From: Podarcis pityusensis
Lineage: Eukaryota
Length of the DNA: 64,000 nucleotides
Assembly: GCA_964106645.2 (NCBI GenBank)
Contig: OZ067038.1
Reading direction: 5' to 3' (one strand)
This document shows, piece after piece, positions 12,679 through 26,245 of the stretch (its first letter is position 1; each line of letters opens with the position of its first letter). The notes under the pieces were generated by a model. That model saw only the letters and a program-made list of their open reading frames with translations. It had not been told where the DNA came from and ran no database searches. The position numbers were made by a program, and so were the translations under genes.

Positions 12679-13159
12679 CAGTGGTACCTTGGTTTTCAAA
12701 CACCTTAGTACTCAACCAACTTGGAACCCAAACACTGCAAACCCGGATGTAAGTGTTCCAGTTTGCGAACTTTTTTTGAAAGCCGAACATGCTCCGTTTT
12801 GAGTGCCACGCTTCCGTTTTGAGATGAGGTCTGTCTGTTTTTGCTATTTATTTTGTGTTTTTGTGGCTTTTTTGTTTGTTTTTGTGACTATGTGGAACCC
12901 AGTTCATCTACTGATTGATTGATTGATTGATTGTGTGACTGCAGTACATTGTTTATTGCTTTCATTTTATGGCTCAATGGTCTCGTTAGATAGTAAAATT
13001 CATGTTAAATTGCTGTTTTAGGGGTTGTTCTGAAAAGTCTGGAACAGATTAATCCATTTTACATTACTTTCTATGGGAAAGCGTGCCTTGGTTTTGGAAC
13101 ACTTTGGTTTTGGAACGGATTTCCGGAACGGATTAAGTTTGAGAACCAAGGTACCACTG
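12679..13159. mobile_element. Tigger/pogo-like (Tc1-mariner) non-autonomous element
   Basis: TA TSD; TIR cagtggtaccttggttttcaaac / gtttgagaaccaaggtaccactg. Confidence 0.92.
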
Positions 13160-14424
13160 TATCTTGTGACTTGAGTGTTGTTTATTTCAGCAAGCAGAGC
13201 ATGTGTCCTTAAGCTGCTTTGCCCATAAGAAACTTCCCCCTCTTCCCTCTTGTGCTTTTGCTTTGTTTTCTTTCAGACATCACATCGCCCTGGAGGAAGT
13301 GTTTTAAAAACATCCTAAGTCTCAGATCTGTCATTGGCAAACAGTAGCAGAACTACAACTGGTCAGTTTCAACAAGACATCTCTGGTAATAATAATAATA
13401 ATAATAATAATAGCGTGGAGATGAAGAAACCATGACATGAATCTTCTGCCAAGCCTTGTGAGTCTTTATGTGTGTTTTGTAAACAGCAGCAGTTCACCAC
13501 ATACCCATTCAAAGTCAAGCCACCTGCCCCCCCATGCATCTTCTCTGATGTAAAAGAGAAGTCAAAACACATCCTCTTAGGAAGTAAAATAAATGAACCC
13601 AGGAGGAAGAATATTAAGTGGGTTGGTTTGTTTTGCATTATGGTGCTCATTCTTCTGATTCACTGTGATGTAACTTGGTTGGGAAATAATGCCAAAACCA
13701 CAACATTCTTTATCTGTCTTTTTCCCCTTAGAGTGTTTGCCAAAATAGTCACACCAGTTCAACCCCAAAATGAATTTCTGGGGTACCTTTAACATTTCAG
13801 CTTCCTTTAGCAAAAAAAAAAAAAGAACATCACCATTTTAAGTAGGGTTGAAACAAACAAACAAACAAAAATCCTTCCAGTAGCACCTTAGCGACCAACT
13901 AAGTTTGTTATTGGTATGAGCTTTCGTGTGCATGCACACTTCTTCAGATAAGTAGGGTTGTAAGATTTCTGACCTGCATTCATCGCAAACAGCATTGCTT
14001 CCATTCCACTGCAGTTCGCTTACCACCAAATGCTACATTATTCATCTCTCTCATAATGTATGTTATGCATAACGATTTGTGTAACTTACATAACTTCCAT
14101 TCATTCCAATCTAAAGGAAATGTCAATGTAAAACAAAAGTCATTATTTGTGTATCATTTGAGGACTTTAAAAAAATGTTGATGAATACTCATCCCATTCC
14201 TAACTCAAGACAAACATGGAATTGCCACACTCCTCAACCGACAACAGCTGTCCAAAGAAGTGGGGGGGGACATATTGACAAGACTAGACTGGAACTGAGG
14301 AATAATCTACTGTAGGATAGACAGACAATAGAAAATGCCCACCACTTCTTGTTACATACAGATCTCAGTTAAAAGTGATGAAGGGACCGACCACAGCAGC
14401 GGACCCAGCATCTAGTGAAGGGGG

Positions 14425-14490
14425 CTGAAATCTGATGCCACAATCAATCTGGTAGTTTTTAAGGTGCCACAAGACTTTCTGTTCTCTTCC
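14425..14490 (+). mobile_element. Penelope-like terminal fragment
   Basis: atgccacaatcaatctggtagtttttaaggtgccacaagact resembles the reptile Penelope end. Confidence 0.55.
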
Positions 14491-16280
14491 TCATTGCAAT
14501 TCTTGAATGGAGAATAATGGCACAGACCTTTGATCATCTTTACACGAACCTATCCTACCCCCAAGAGGTAGGCCAGGTCCTCTCAGGCAAGCACGCGCGC
14601 GATTGTGCAGGAGTTCATAAGGTTTCGAGGAAAAAAGAGCAGAAAGCCCATAAAACTTCTGCTGCAATTCACAGAAACTTTCAATGAGATTGGAAGCGTA
14701 TTCATGTTGAAAATATTGAGTCGCTAAGCCTTCAGACTGCATTCCAAAAGTCTCCCAGAAACATTTCAATCAAGAGTGCGAGTGTGAGACAGCCAAGCCA
14801 TTTGGGCAAAAAAGCACTGTGCAGAATTATGTTGGTGAATCTAGTGCCCTCCAAACGACCTCATATTAGAGCCACAGCATTAAGTCATGGAGAAACCTGT
14901 AAGTAAGATGAATATTTTTTTTTCTTAAAAAAAAGAGAGAGAGGAGAAAAGGAAAAACCTCCCGAGTTCCCAGTAAGAATGCTAAATTACCCCTTCTCCC
15001 AATGGAATGGTTCACTTTCATTTCCAAGTAGCAGTAAAGCCTATTGACCCCCTCAGTGTTATCCTTTTCACTGCTCATGCAGTACTTTCTTTAATCTCTC
15101 GGATCAAAGATTGGTCAATAAAAATCATCCCTGCTTTTGTGAGGAGCAAACAAACTACAGTCGGTCTTATGATAATTGTAAATCTACACTAAATTCTTTG
15201 AGAAAGAGAAAAACCTTCCAAGTTAACCAGGCTGTTGGAAATTTGTCATTCTCTTCTGCTAAAAAAGCAAACTTTTCAAAGCTTGCTTGTTTAGAATGGT
15301 AGCAAATCTTTATTGCACACCCTAAACTCTTTTTCCTTTTTGTTTTGTTTTGTTATTGTTTTACAAATGTTTGCTGAACTTTCACTAGCCTTAGAATATT
15401 CAGTTACTGCATTATGCTGGTTTTGTAGCATATTGGCTATGATCTTGAGGAGTGGATGTGGGGGAATGAAATTAAGGAACAAATTCCTACCAGCAAAGGC
15501 TTCACACCAAGGTGGAAATGTTATCCATGCTGATTTCTGGGTTTGCACTGCAACTGATTATTGGTGGAGAGATCTGTTTCTTTCCTTCTCCCTGTAACCC
15601 ACCATCGGTTTCAACGGCACACATGCTAGAATTGTATATATTCTTCAGAGATAGAATATATTCCATGATTTTGTTCAGTAAAGTAGAAGTAGTAATTACA
15701 CAAACATGGGTCAGTAAGAAAGGTCAAGGGGCTGGGCAATCTATTAATAATGGCACCTGCGTTCATCAAAAAGATACTATTTTAGGAAGCTGGTGACATC
15801 CTCGAGAGAGATATTGAGGTTAATAGGCCAATATAGTGAAGTGCCTGGTTGCACGTGTAACAAAAATAAATCTGAAATTACTGGATTGAATATAAAAGAT
15901 GAAGAAAGAAAAAAGTTTTTGGAGTAAACTTTTTAAAAGATGAGAGAACTTGGAGTTATGACTGCTTGCCTGCCTGCCTGGATAATGTTTTTAAATGCAA
16001 TTGTATGCAATGAGATGGGCAGGGTGGGGGAGGGGAGAAGCATCTCAAGATGCCTGCAGCCAAAGAACTGGACAATAAAAAAAAATCAGTGGGTTGGATC
16101 TAGAGATTCCCCTTTCCGTTTGCATTGGGGACCAGGATCTGATAAGGCCTCCCTGTTGAAACAAGGGGGTCATTTTCACTTGTTTGTCATTCCCCATCAG
16201 CTCCCAACACTATCTTCCATGCTATCTTGGGGGGGGGGGGCTAATCTCCTGAAGCAGGTTTTCATGGGACAGTGGTAAGT

Positions 16281-16845
16281 GGAGATTGGGGACAAACGTG
16301 ATTCAGTTTGCATTTACAGGTGAACTTTCATAATTCACATTTTTCAAAACAGCACATGAACCAAAACCTTCAAAATTCACACTTCTCCAATTGTTTGCAA
16401 TGCAGTTCTCCAGCCAAGAAATGTACAGTGGTACCTCGGGTTACAGATGCTTCAGGTTACAGACTCCGCTAACCCAGAAATAGTACCTCAGGTTAAGAAC
16501 TTTGCTTCAGGATGAGAACAGAAATTGCACAGTGGCGGCAGGAGGCCCCATTAGCTAAAGTGGTACCTCAGGTTAAGATCAATTTCAGGTTAAGAACGGA
16601 CCTCCGGAATGAATTAAGTACTTAACCTGAGGTACCACTGTATACAGAAATGCATACAGTAGGATAAAGTGTGCATATGCAAGTAAAAATAACATACAAA
16701 ATGCATTATATCAGAGGAAATCCCTTCGCAAAAACTTATTTTCAATAGGTAACATTGCATACAAAACTGTGTATGCCAAGAGAAATTTGCACCAAAATGC
16801 AGATGAATTTTTATGAGAACTTGAAAAAGAATCACAAAAGATGAA
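16281..16845. mobile_element. hAT/Ac-like element (family of 5722-6088) hosting a Tigger MITE
   Basis: Shares ttcaaaattcacacttctc...tgcaatgcagttctccag with the 5722 copy and resumes after 16642. Confidence 0.6.
16426..16640. mobile_element. Tigger-like MITE family A
   Basis: TA TSD; TIR cagtggtacctcgggtta / taacctgaggtaccactg. Confidence 0.95.
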
Positions 16846-17507
16846 CCTCCAGCCTCAGCTAAAACTGGTTGATCATGCCAGTCTTCCTTGGACTGGAGTT
16901 CGTCTCTTTATAGCCAAATAACTTTCTATGAAACTGTAATGGACGAAGTCCATTCCTGCTACTTATCTCCCTGTAACATGTGTGAACACACACACACACA
17001 CACACACACAAAATTTGCTTTCCTTTGAACACTACCAAAAATCGGTGAGATAAAGTGAAGCCTACTTTTGAATCGTGGCATATAGCATCATTTAAGTGTT
17101 GACAATCATCCATTCACCTGGGCTATTTCCACCTGACATTTCTTTGGCGACAAACAAGCTACACAACAGTAAAGCTTGTCTGAAAGTTGTCACTATCTAA
17201 TTGTCAGGTTGCGTTCCCATCAAACCATGCCTGGGCTATGGGATGTCATTCCCAACTCAAGAGCTGGAAATTATGCTCTCAGTTTTATTGTTCTGAAATC
17301 AGTGGCTGGAACTGGGATCTTGAGATTGAAACAGAGAGCCTGAAATATGATATAGCATGAAGGAGGTGTGACTCTGGACAGGGGCTGAAGCACTGGAGGC
17401 TTAAGGGAGATTGGGACACTGCCCTACCAGATTCATTCTGTCCCTAGTCAGTTCCCCTGCCCCACCTGCTTTCATACTTGCAATCAGCCCAGGGAGTGGT
17501 GCTGGCT

Positions 17508-17701
17508 TAGGGTTGCCATATTTCATGAAGTGAAAATCCAGACACAAAAGTTGTTGAGCTGTTTTTAAGGAAAATCGGCAAAAACGACACTGCTGACATG
17601 GATTGCCATATGGCCAGATTTTCCCGATTTCCGACCAGAAACTGCTTCCAACTGCAGTGTTCCGGGTATGTCCAGAAAATTCCGGACATATGGCAACCCT
17701 A
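17508..17701. mobile_element. hAT (Blackjack-like) MITE
   Basis: TIR tagggttgccatat / atatggcaacccta. Confidence 0.8.
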
Positions 17702-18568
17702 TCTAGCTGCTGGCTTCCTCCTCAGCCTCAGTGCCTTCAGCAGAGAGGAGGATAAGAACAAAACTAGAATCAGCTGGCTCAACTGGCATATCACTATTCC
17801 CTTCCTTATCTGAGGATGGCTCTTGGGACTAAGCACACACCAGTCTATGGAGCTGACATGGGTAGGTATCCAATGGCACCTGTTTTTGGTCCTCCCACTT
17901 GATCTATTCTGGGCTTGGACTTACCAAGCAGGAGCAGTGGACAGTTGAGAAATTGCAGTTGGGGGCAGAATTAATGTCATAGGGGGCACAAAGAGAGCAC
18001 ATTGGATGGAACCCCCTAAAACTGGAGCCAACTTTACATGATGTTTCAAGTTCCTACTCCAGATTCCCTAATATCTTATTATCCCCCATCCAGGCAAGGG
18101 ATCATGCCAAGTCCAACTTGAGTGCAAAGTAGCATGTCATAGAGGTCAACATTCATGCAAGAAACAACACCACAACCAATTGTTGCACCTTATGCCTTTC
18201 AGGACCAGCTGGAAACCATTGCTAAAGAAAGGTTGCAAGAGCAAACCAATAACTTGCAAGAACCTTTTGCTTATTTTTGTTCGTCAGTCCCTCCTTCCCA
18301 TCTTGTTCAATAAGTAATATGAGCCTTAATGGCCTTTTCAACCTGTGCTCATGCATTGATCTCTCCTTTCCACTCAACTCACTCTGCATAAGACCTTCCC
18401 GGCTGAACAAGACGGCCAAACTTCCTTTTGTATTCAAACCTTCTCCAAAAGAGATTTCTTCTGTGGGGGAATAAAAAAAATAAATCTGCTTCTCACACAG
18501 TGACATGCCTTCTTATTGTGGCAAGAACCACGAATTCCAGTGAGCTAAAATTTTGTTACTTTCAGGAT

Positions 18569-18863
18569 CAGGGCGGTCTTAAGCATATGCGGCGCCAGGG
18601 TGCAAAGATCCGCCCAGCACCCCCCCCCCCAGATTGCCCAGTCCCAGGCGCGCAGGAAGGTGGAGCCGGCCGGCTGGCTGCCTCAGTGTCTCACTGGCTT
18701 GGTCACCCCCAAACTCCCAACACAGAGCCACCCACAGCAGAAGAGCCCGTCATGGCGCTCTGACCGATGGGCGGGCTCTTCCCTGGACTCTCGGCCTGGT
18801 GCCCCTGAGAGCCTGGCACTTGGGTGCCCTGCACCCCTAGCGCCTATGGGTAAGACGGCCCCG
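18569..18863. mobile_element. GC-rich hAT (Tip100-like) MITE
   Basis: TIR cagggcggtctta / taagacggccccg; internal hairpin gaagagcccg...cgggctcttc. Confidence 0.7.
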
Positions 18864-19046
18864 CAGGTGATAGTAGGACACATTTTGACAAGAGATCTCT
18901 TCATCTCACATTTTTATGCAATCCTCAAAAATATGTCATCCACAATCTTACTGAAGAACATTTCACCTCTATCGTCGGAATCATCAGGAAAAACCCAAAC
19001 CCTTGCATAAACACATAATAGCTATAAAGTTATTTAAGAGCAGGCG

Positions 19047-19150
19047 TTAGAAAGGATGGGAAACAGACATCTGGTTGGCCACTGTGAGCACAGGATGTTG
19101 GACAAGATGGGCCATTGGCCTGATCCAGCACAGCTTGTCTTGTACTTTTA
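19047..19150 (+). mobile_element. CR1 3' UTR end
   Basis: catctggttggccactgtgagcacaggatgttggacaagatgggccattggcctgatccagca. Confidence 0.75.
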
Positions 19151-20223
19151 ACTAAAGAGACATGCTACAAAAGGAAAAAAGGAACGAGGAGAGAGGAAGC
19201 AAATGAACTTGTGTTCCAATTATTTCATACCATTACATAATGTAGTGACATCATCACCAGGTAGAATGGGAAGGAAAGAGCCCAATGGCAGGCCGTTCCC
19301 AGGCAAGCCAATGGATGGGACCCCTCAGAGACAGCCATGAGAATATCATATGGGAGGATTTCATGGCCTGGACACTCCCAAACAGCCTCCTTCTCTCCTT
19401 TTCACGTGCCATGGGCAAAATTAAATTGCGGGCACCTCGAGGCCAGAGGCCATGCTTCCCCATTTCTGCTAAGATGTGTCCAGCACACTTGTTGGATATA
19501 AAAATAATAACTAAGAGAAGGATGCAGCATCTGCTCCCTCCTCATAAATAAGGAACTGTGATTATTTTCTATACACATTTATACTGCAAGGTTAATAGGC
19601 ATTTTGCTGGCATACTTATTTTTAAAAACAGACTTTGGCTTCCAATGCCAGGTCAAGCACATCAAGACTCAAAGGTTGTGAGAATCTCTATATTATATGC
19701 ACAACAGCCCAGTATTAATTTGCTGGTTGCTCAGGCTGCATATTTAAGTTTGGCTACTGAGCATCAAAGAAAGTGGAGATGCAGCAATCAGCTGTGCGTA
19801 GCCACTTGGTGAACGTTATTCAACTGCTTTAGCAGCACCACCATGCATTAATTACAGAAAAGAAAGATTAGCCCTGACATACTTCTCTGTCAGCCGGTGG
19901 TCAATAAAATGTTATCTGCCATCTTGACATAATCAAGCCATTCAGCTTTCCAGTGTGCATCAAACGTACACATCCTTGTTTTGCACACCCACCCACTCGC
20001 AACAACAGCAAAATCACTGCCCACAAGGGGTTTCTCTGGCACAAACCCCACTGAAATGAATGAAAGCTGTGCAGTGTGGTAACGGTCCTTTACAAGAGTC
20101 TGCTCCCCATCCCTCAGCATCTGCCGTGTGAGGTGGCTGCCTCGCTCTGCCTCAAGGGCAGGGTTGGCGCTGGCTGCAGTTGCTGAAATTCCCCCTTCTA
20201 TACCCAGCATTTCGGAGCATTGC

Positions 20224-20947
20224 AGACCCTCCAAGTGTCCCTGTTTTCCGGGGACATTGCAGATTTACAGAAGCTGTCCCGGTTTCTGATTTGATCCCAG
20301 AATGTCCCGCTTTTCCTTAGGATGTCCCTATTTTCTTTGGAGAAGTGTTGGAAGGTATGGTGAGATATCCCTATTTTCATCAGAGAAATGTTGGAGGGTG
20401 TGGAGTTATCTGACCCCTGAGCAGCCCTGTATATGGAAGTTATTTTAACGTTTAATGCTTTATTATGTTTGTATATATTTTGGAAGCTACCCAGAGTTGG
20501 GTATGATTAGCAAAATAATAATAATAATAGAATAAGATGTCCTTATTTTCATAAGAAAGAGACGCGGGTAGCACTGTGGGTTAAACCACAGAGCCTAGGA
20601 CTTGCCGATCAGAAGGTCGGCAGTTTGAATTTCCGCAACGGGGTGAGCTCCCATTGCTCGGTCCCTGCTCCTGCCAACCTAGCAGTTCGAAAGCACTTCA
20701 AAGTGCAAGTAGATAAATAGGTACCGCTTCGGCAGGAAGGTAAACAGCGTTTCCGTGTACTGCTCTGGTTCGCCAGAAGCGGCTTAGTCATGCTGGCCAC
20801 ATGACCCAGAAGCTGTACGCCGGCACCCTTGGCCAATAAAACGAGATGAGCACCGCAACCCCAGAATCAGTCACGACTGGACCTAATAGTCAGGGGGCCC
20901 TTTACCTTTATTTTCATAAGAGAAATGGAGAAATGTTGGACGGTAGG
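20224..20947. mobile_element. hAT-like element with gtccc subterminal repeats, hosting a SINE
   Basis: Starts cagaccctccaagtgtccc; repeated gaaatgttggagggt blocks; paralogous fragment at 56762-56855. Confidence 0.65.
20559..20910 (+). mobile_element. Sauria (Squam1) SINE, full length
   Basis: tRNA-like head, body, (ACCTTT) tail; TSD ttattttcataaga at 20543 and 20908. Confidence 0.93.
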
Positions 20948-21398
20948 CCTCTGGGCACCCTATGCCTCATTGCTTTGCATATTTCTCTTGCGCATATAAA
21001 CCTCTATTCTACACAAATGTCACATTCTCCAATATGCCCATGTGTGTGAGAGAGTAATATAGGACCCTGGCATATATTAGGCTTTTTTTTCTGATTACAC
21101 CAAAGTTAAACAAGCAGTGGCTGAGAGCCAAGAAAGAACCCTCTTGTCCGACAGATGCTTTTTCTATATAGCCGAGCACTCTTCCAACTGATAGGAATGA
21201 TGGTGTCGTTGCAGAAAGAGGAGAGTTAACAAAAGGAAGGGATGCTGTCTGCTTCAACATGGGAAATAGGGCAAAATGTAATGGCACGGGGAAAATCTAA
21301 AAGACAGTGAACTGAGTCCATTTCAAAACAGATAAAACATTAACAGAACAGCCGAACCTTTTGTGACAGATCACACACAAATGGTAAAACAGTAGGCA

Positions 21399-21404
21399 TT
21401 TATT
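21399..21404 (-). terminator. Candidate poly(A) signal
   Basis: AATAAA followed 17 nt later by CA and then GU-rich tttgtgtgtg. Confidence 0.45.
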
Positions 21405-21934
21405 TTCATAGCCATCATATGTCCATGATAAAAGTCAAAATAAATCATAAATACTGGCATAAATATAGAGTATGGTATACATATAGCCATGGCTGCAATC
21501 TTGTGCCCAATTAAGTAGCTAAAATCCCACTGGGTCAATGAGATGCCAGTCTTTTTTAATTTGTAATGTATCCATCTATCAATTGATTACACTCACATAC
21601 ACATACACATAAAGGTTGTGTATAACTGCGTACAACTGTTATTCTCCAATGGCTTAAGATTTTTCACTACAGAGTTTTACAAACAGCAGCAAAACCACTT
21701 ACAGCATTGTGGAGTGCTGCCTCTCCATTTTAAACAAAGCATTCATACTGGAAAATAATGTGAATACTTCAGACATGAAACAATATGCACCTTCTCTAAA
21801 TTGTTTCTAATGATAGAGGGATATTAATAAAATCCATAAACCATTAGTACTGTTATGGCTGCTTTGTTCTGAATTACACATAGACCTTTTTATGTTTATT
21901 CCTCACAGAAAATGCATGAAAAAAATTGAAATCC

Positions 21935-22098
21935 NNNNNNNNNNNNNNNNNNNNNNNNNNNNNNNNNNNNNNNNNNNNNNNNNNNNNNNNNNNNNNNNNN
22001 NNNNNNNNNNNNNNNNNNNNNNNNNNNNNNNNNNNNNNNNNNNNNNNNNNNNNNNNNNNNNNNNNNNNNNNNNNNNNNNNNNNNNNNNNNNNNNNNNN
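21935..22098. other. N-block, 164 nt
   Basis: Run of n. Confidence 0.99.
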
Positions 22099-23544
22099 AC
22101 GCTTTCAATGAATCTTTTCACCATATTATCCAGCAATAAAACTGCAGTTTGGCCAAGTGGTAGGGGGAGAGAAGGATGAATTTTAAAGAGGTAAACACAT
22201 ACCATACCTTGTTTCAAAAATTGTATTGGCGCTTGTCTCATATAATGCAACAGAATATGACTAAATACATCAATCCTGCATATAAAGAAGCAACAGCATA
22301 AGGTATGTAAAATATTTCGCTTGCAGCAGGGGGAAAAATCAGAATAAGCTGGAAAAAAATAGTTTAAAAACTAAAAGAAAACAAGACTCTGGGTAATGGC
22401 TTTATTAATGTCCTTTATATTTATATTTTCCCCTGATGATGAAGTTACGGATCAGTAATAGGATTTGGCAAGTGATTTGAGTACTTATATGTAGACTTAA
22501 TACACCTCAGTTCTAATCACTGGAATCAACCACCTTTGGTTGTAATTCCCTGTAGATCTTAATTTTTTTTAAGTGCCTGAACCAGCTTGTTCTGGTCCAG
22601 AAAATGCTTGCCAGACAGGATATTTCATCCAGGTGTCTCCCAAAACTTTTAACCCCCTTTTATGGAATCTAGTCTCTCCAGTTCCTTCAGCAAAAGTGCT
22701 GGGCCGTGGCATGTTCGAAGGCGGACTCTGGTGCCTTTAGAGACTGCAGAACCAAACAACACAAACACAATAGGGTATGTTGAGTCCTTAGTCCATTTTT
22801 AAGGCATGATTGTCCCACAGTCGAAAATCCACATTCAACACTCAAATTTCACCTGTAATTAAGTAACCCACTGAAATATCATTAACCAAAACTGGGGTGC
22901 TCCTGTGGGAACAATCACAGGCCTGGCTCATACCATTACTGTGGCCTAATTGGCAGCTTCCATATTAATGAGAGCTGGGATATATACCTATAGCCAACAA
23001 GGAGCTATTTTCACACCCCACTCCCCCCCCCCACATACCATCACAATGAGTGATGTCATCAAATTTCATAATTCCTTCATGCCAAATAGAACTCTTATTG
23101 ATTCAGGTCCTAGCTTTATGTACTGTTAATGGCATGATTAACCATCATATAAAGGCTTTTAAATAAATAAATAAATACCAGGTATGGGTAGGGAGTTGTC
23201 ATCAGTGCTACATGGGGAAGCAAGGTTTAAGATTTTCTCTCCAGCTACGATCTCAGTAAAAAATACTCCTCACCAATATAGCTTTTCCTAATGCTGTACG
23301 TTGTGTGGGGTTTGATTGTTTGTTCGTTATAAAGGTCACAACCATGTTGGGAAGCAGAAACTTGATGACAATCTCCCACCCCAACGCAACTGGTTTAAAA
23401 ACTCAACAACGTGATTGCAAATCATGTCACTCGTTTGGCATGTAGTCAGACCCTCGTAATGCTTAGTTTCAACATAATATGCACACATTACAGCCCCTCA
23501 GATATGACGGAAACTATGTGGTGCAATGGGGTAAAAGCAGTAAA

Positions 23545-23660
23545 GCAACAATGGGACCATCTATCTTGGACCTGGTCCTCACCAGCAGGGAGCAACTGAT
23601 CAATGAAGAGGAAGTACTGGGAACCTTGGGAGGAAGTGATCGGGTCCTCTTGGGTTTCAT
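23545..23660 (+). mobile_element. CR1 endonuclease-domain fragment
   Basis: ATMGPSILDLVLTSREQLINEEEVLGTLGGSDRVLLGF matches the CR1 motif TRxxAILDLVLT...LGxSDH. Confidence 0.8.
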
Positions 23661-24500
23661 GACACTGAGGTAAGAGGAAGCTGAGTGCAGTCGGACATGC
23701 ACTATGGACTGTGGGGCTCTGAATACAGGTCAATGAAAATGGTGTGGCGGGGAGGATTTTTTTATATTACAGAGTTTTAAATATATCCAATAGATGCATA
23801 AACTTTGGCTATGGTTGTAAAGTTTGACTATGGGTTTCCTAGGAGTAAGTTCAACTGAAATCAGTGGATTTACTTACCAAGTAAAAATGCAGGCGATTAG
23901 GATCTATATCCACTGGATACTAATCAAGGCTCATTAAAGTTTTACCTCTGTTTGTATTCCAGGCTTCCAGCTACTGCGACATTTACAAGGCTTGCTGCGC
24001 TATATCCACTTTTTAATATTAAATTATTTTTATATTTATAGGAAAGACCCTCTTTTCTTCAAGTATATGATTGTACACGCCTTGCACCGTGGTTTGAAAA
24101 TGGCTGTTAAGTGCTCACGGAATGGAACATTTAACTGTCATTTATATATTTAGTCATTGTTATTGCTATTTATTATTCCTACTGTGGGCACAGTGTTCCC
24201 AATCAAGGGTCAGGGCTCAATTGTCTAGTGGCTAGCACTAACAAATAACTGAAAAGACAGCTAGGCAAGTCCCCTGTCCCAGAGAGGTTACAGCCATAGA
24301 CTCAGCAGCGTACTTATGTATTTCTAAAATGCAGACTTCAGCAAAAAAAGAAACATCTGGGAAATCTTTAAAGGGGGAAAAAACTCTGAAGGGATTTAAA
24401 CTGTAACAGGACTTTATCACAAAGAAGTTTCCTCCTCTCGGGTTTTTTTGGGGGGGGCACTTTAAAAATTACAAATCTACAACATAGGGCATACTTTTAC

Positions 24501-24674
24501 CTGTGGAAGAGGAAAAGCAGACACTCACAGACCACAAGACATGGCTGACACACTTGCATCAATTTTGTGTTGTAGGCGCTCAGAAGCCAAGGCCAATCAC
24601 AGCTTCCCAGCAAAACAGAAGTGTGTGCGGTTGCTACAAGTGGCAATCGATGTGTGAATTACATATGCTCTTTC
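24501..24674 (-). other. Candidate non-coding/poison exon (174 nt)
   Basis: ttctgtttag|GAAAG...CCACAG|gtaaaa; stops in all three frames. Confidence 0.3.
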
Positions 24675-25046
24675 CTAAACAGAAGTGCAATCCATGTGGG
24701 AAACAAGATGCGCTTAAGGCAGCCCTTAAACATTCGTGTTCCTTAAGAAAAAAAGGCATATCCATCACTGGTCCTGCATAACCAAACAGGGTTGGTTGGT
24801 TGGTTGGTTGGTTTGTTGTTTTAAATAAGACTAGTTTTGAGAATTGTACCTGCAACAATCTGGGCATTCTAGTTTGGATCATTTTTATGTTCAACAGAAG
24901 CGATGCAACATTCCGCAAGCATTTTAAAATACCCAACTTCATGTTACAATGGTTAAAAACGAGTCTCCCGACCCACCTTTTTTTCTGTCTTAGGTGGATT
25001 GGGTTTATCTACCTCTTTGTAGTATACTGAATTGGGTATTTCTCAC

Positions 25047-25264
25047 CTTTTTTTTTTTTTTTTTTTTTTTTTTTGTCTAAACTGCAGAAATAAAAGTTCA
25101 CAATAAAAGTAAGATATTGCTCTCGGCTTCCCTTCTCTTTCCCTACTGCTGTATGATCTTCCTTTTGTCCTCGATCCCTCCTTTATCCTTTTCACCTTCT
25201 CTTTCTTACTCTCGCACTGTCCCCTTGATCCATCAGACGCAGCCAAGCCATCTGATACGTATGC
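25047..25264 (-). other. Candidate exon (218 nt; alternative acceptor at 25081)
   Basis: ttactttcag|GCA...AAG|gtgaga; internal ttttatttctgcag|; ends in an A27 run. Confidence 0.28.
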
Positions 25265-26003
25265 CTGAAAGTAATTTTGGACAGAATCAAAATGCCCTAG
25301 AATCCTTAGTAATCCTCCTCAGATCCCTATACTGAGCTCTGGTTAGGCCCTTATATATTCAGCGAACAGCCTTTCAGTCAGCCGGTGAGGAAATTGAAAA
25401 CCTTTTTACAGTAACACTGGAGAGAGATGGCAAGTCGTGAAACAAACCAGTCTGCTAGAAAGGGGGGGAGAGGGGGGAGGAGGAGGGAAGGGTCTGTGCA
25501 GAATTAAAGTTATGATGGCCATAGAGCAGCAACTGGAAAGAGGGAAGCCATACTCAAGAAAGCAAGTTGTCCTATGCATGCTTCCATATTTCATAGATAA
25601 TTACTTCAACTGCCTCAGAACACCTTGCATTTAAAAATTGCACTATAGTAATGGGACCAACAGCTGGTGAAGGAAGAGTGAGAAGTAAAGTGATAGAAGC
25701 AACACAGCTGGTGAAATATATAAAAAAGGAAGGGAAGCGGCAATGCTAATATGAGGCTAAAGAGGGAGCAACGTGGCTGGGCCTGTAAAGGCGCATAGAG
25801 GTTGGAAGGGCAGATTTGGGAAGATGCAGACAAGTGGGGTCAGTCAGTGGTAATGCGTTGCCTACGGAGGGGCGTTACTTGCAGAAAGCTAAGGCTCCAT
25901 GAGAACAGAGGCCTGAATTATCTCTGTGTGAAAAGGTCTCAGTGCAGCAGCCCATAGGGTGAGGCCATTTGCCTATCTGGGTGATGACCCTCGCTTCCAA
26001 ATA

Positions 26004-26245
26004 CAGTGGTACTTCAGGTTAAGTACTTAATTCGTTCCAGAGGTCCGTTCTTAACCTGAAACTGTTCTTAACCTGAAGCACCACTTTAGCTAATAGGGCC
26101 TCCTGCTGCTGCCGCGCCACCGGAGTACGATTTCTGTTCTTATCTTGAAGCAAAGTTCTTAACCTGAAGCACTATTTCTGGGTTAGTGGAGTCTGTAACC
26201 TGAAGCGTATGTAACCTGAAGTGTATGTAACCCGAAGTACCACTG
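26004..26245. mobile_element. Tigger-like MITE family A
   Basis: TA TSD, cagtggtac TIRs; carries an extra tgtaacctgaag unit. Confidence 0.95.

Larger units (their letters stand above)
21382..22743 (-). other. Candidate terminal exon / 3' UTR of an unidentified minus-strand transcript
   Basis: Acceptor tttggttctgcag| at 22744-22745; short frames SLKAPESAFEHATAQHFC* or SKGTRVRLRTCHGPALLLKELERLDSIKGG*; TE-free; minus-strand AATAAA at 22401, 21895 and 21399. Confidence 0.45.

Noticed and set aside
21892-22250. ORFs containing X runs (also at 30512-30929 and 62521-62931)
   Set aside because: Artefacts of translating Ns
25043-25246. Basic peptide ending in poly-Lys as a standalone gene
   Set aside because: The poly-K comes from a T27 homopolymer and the start is non-ATG; kept only as a weak exon candidate
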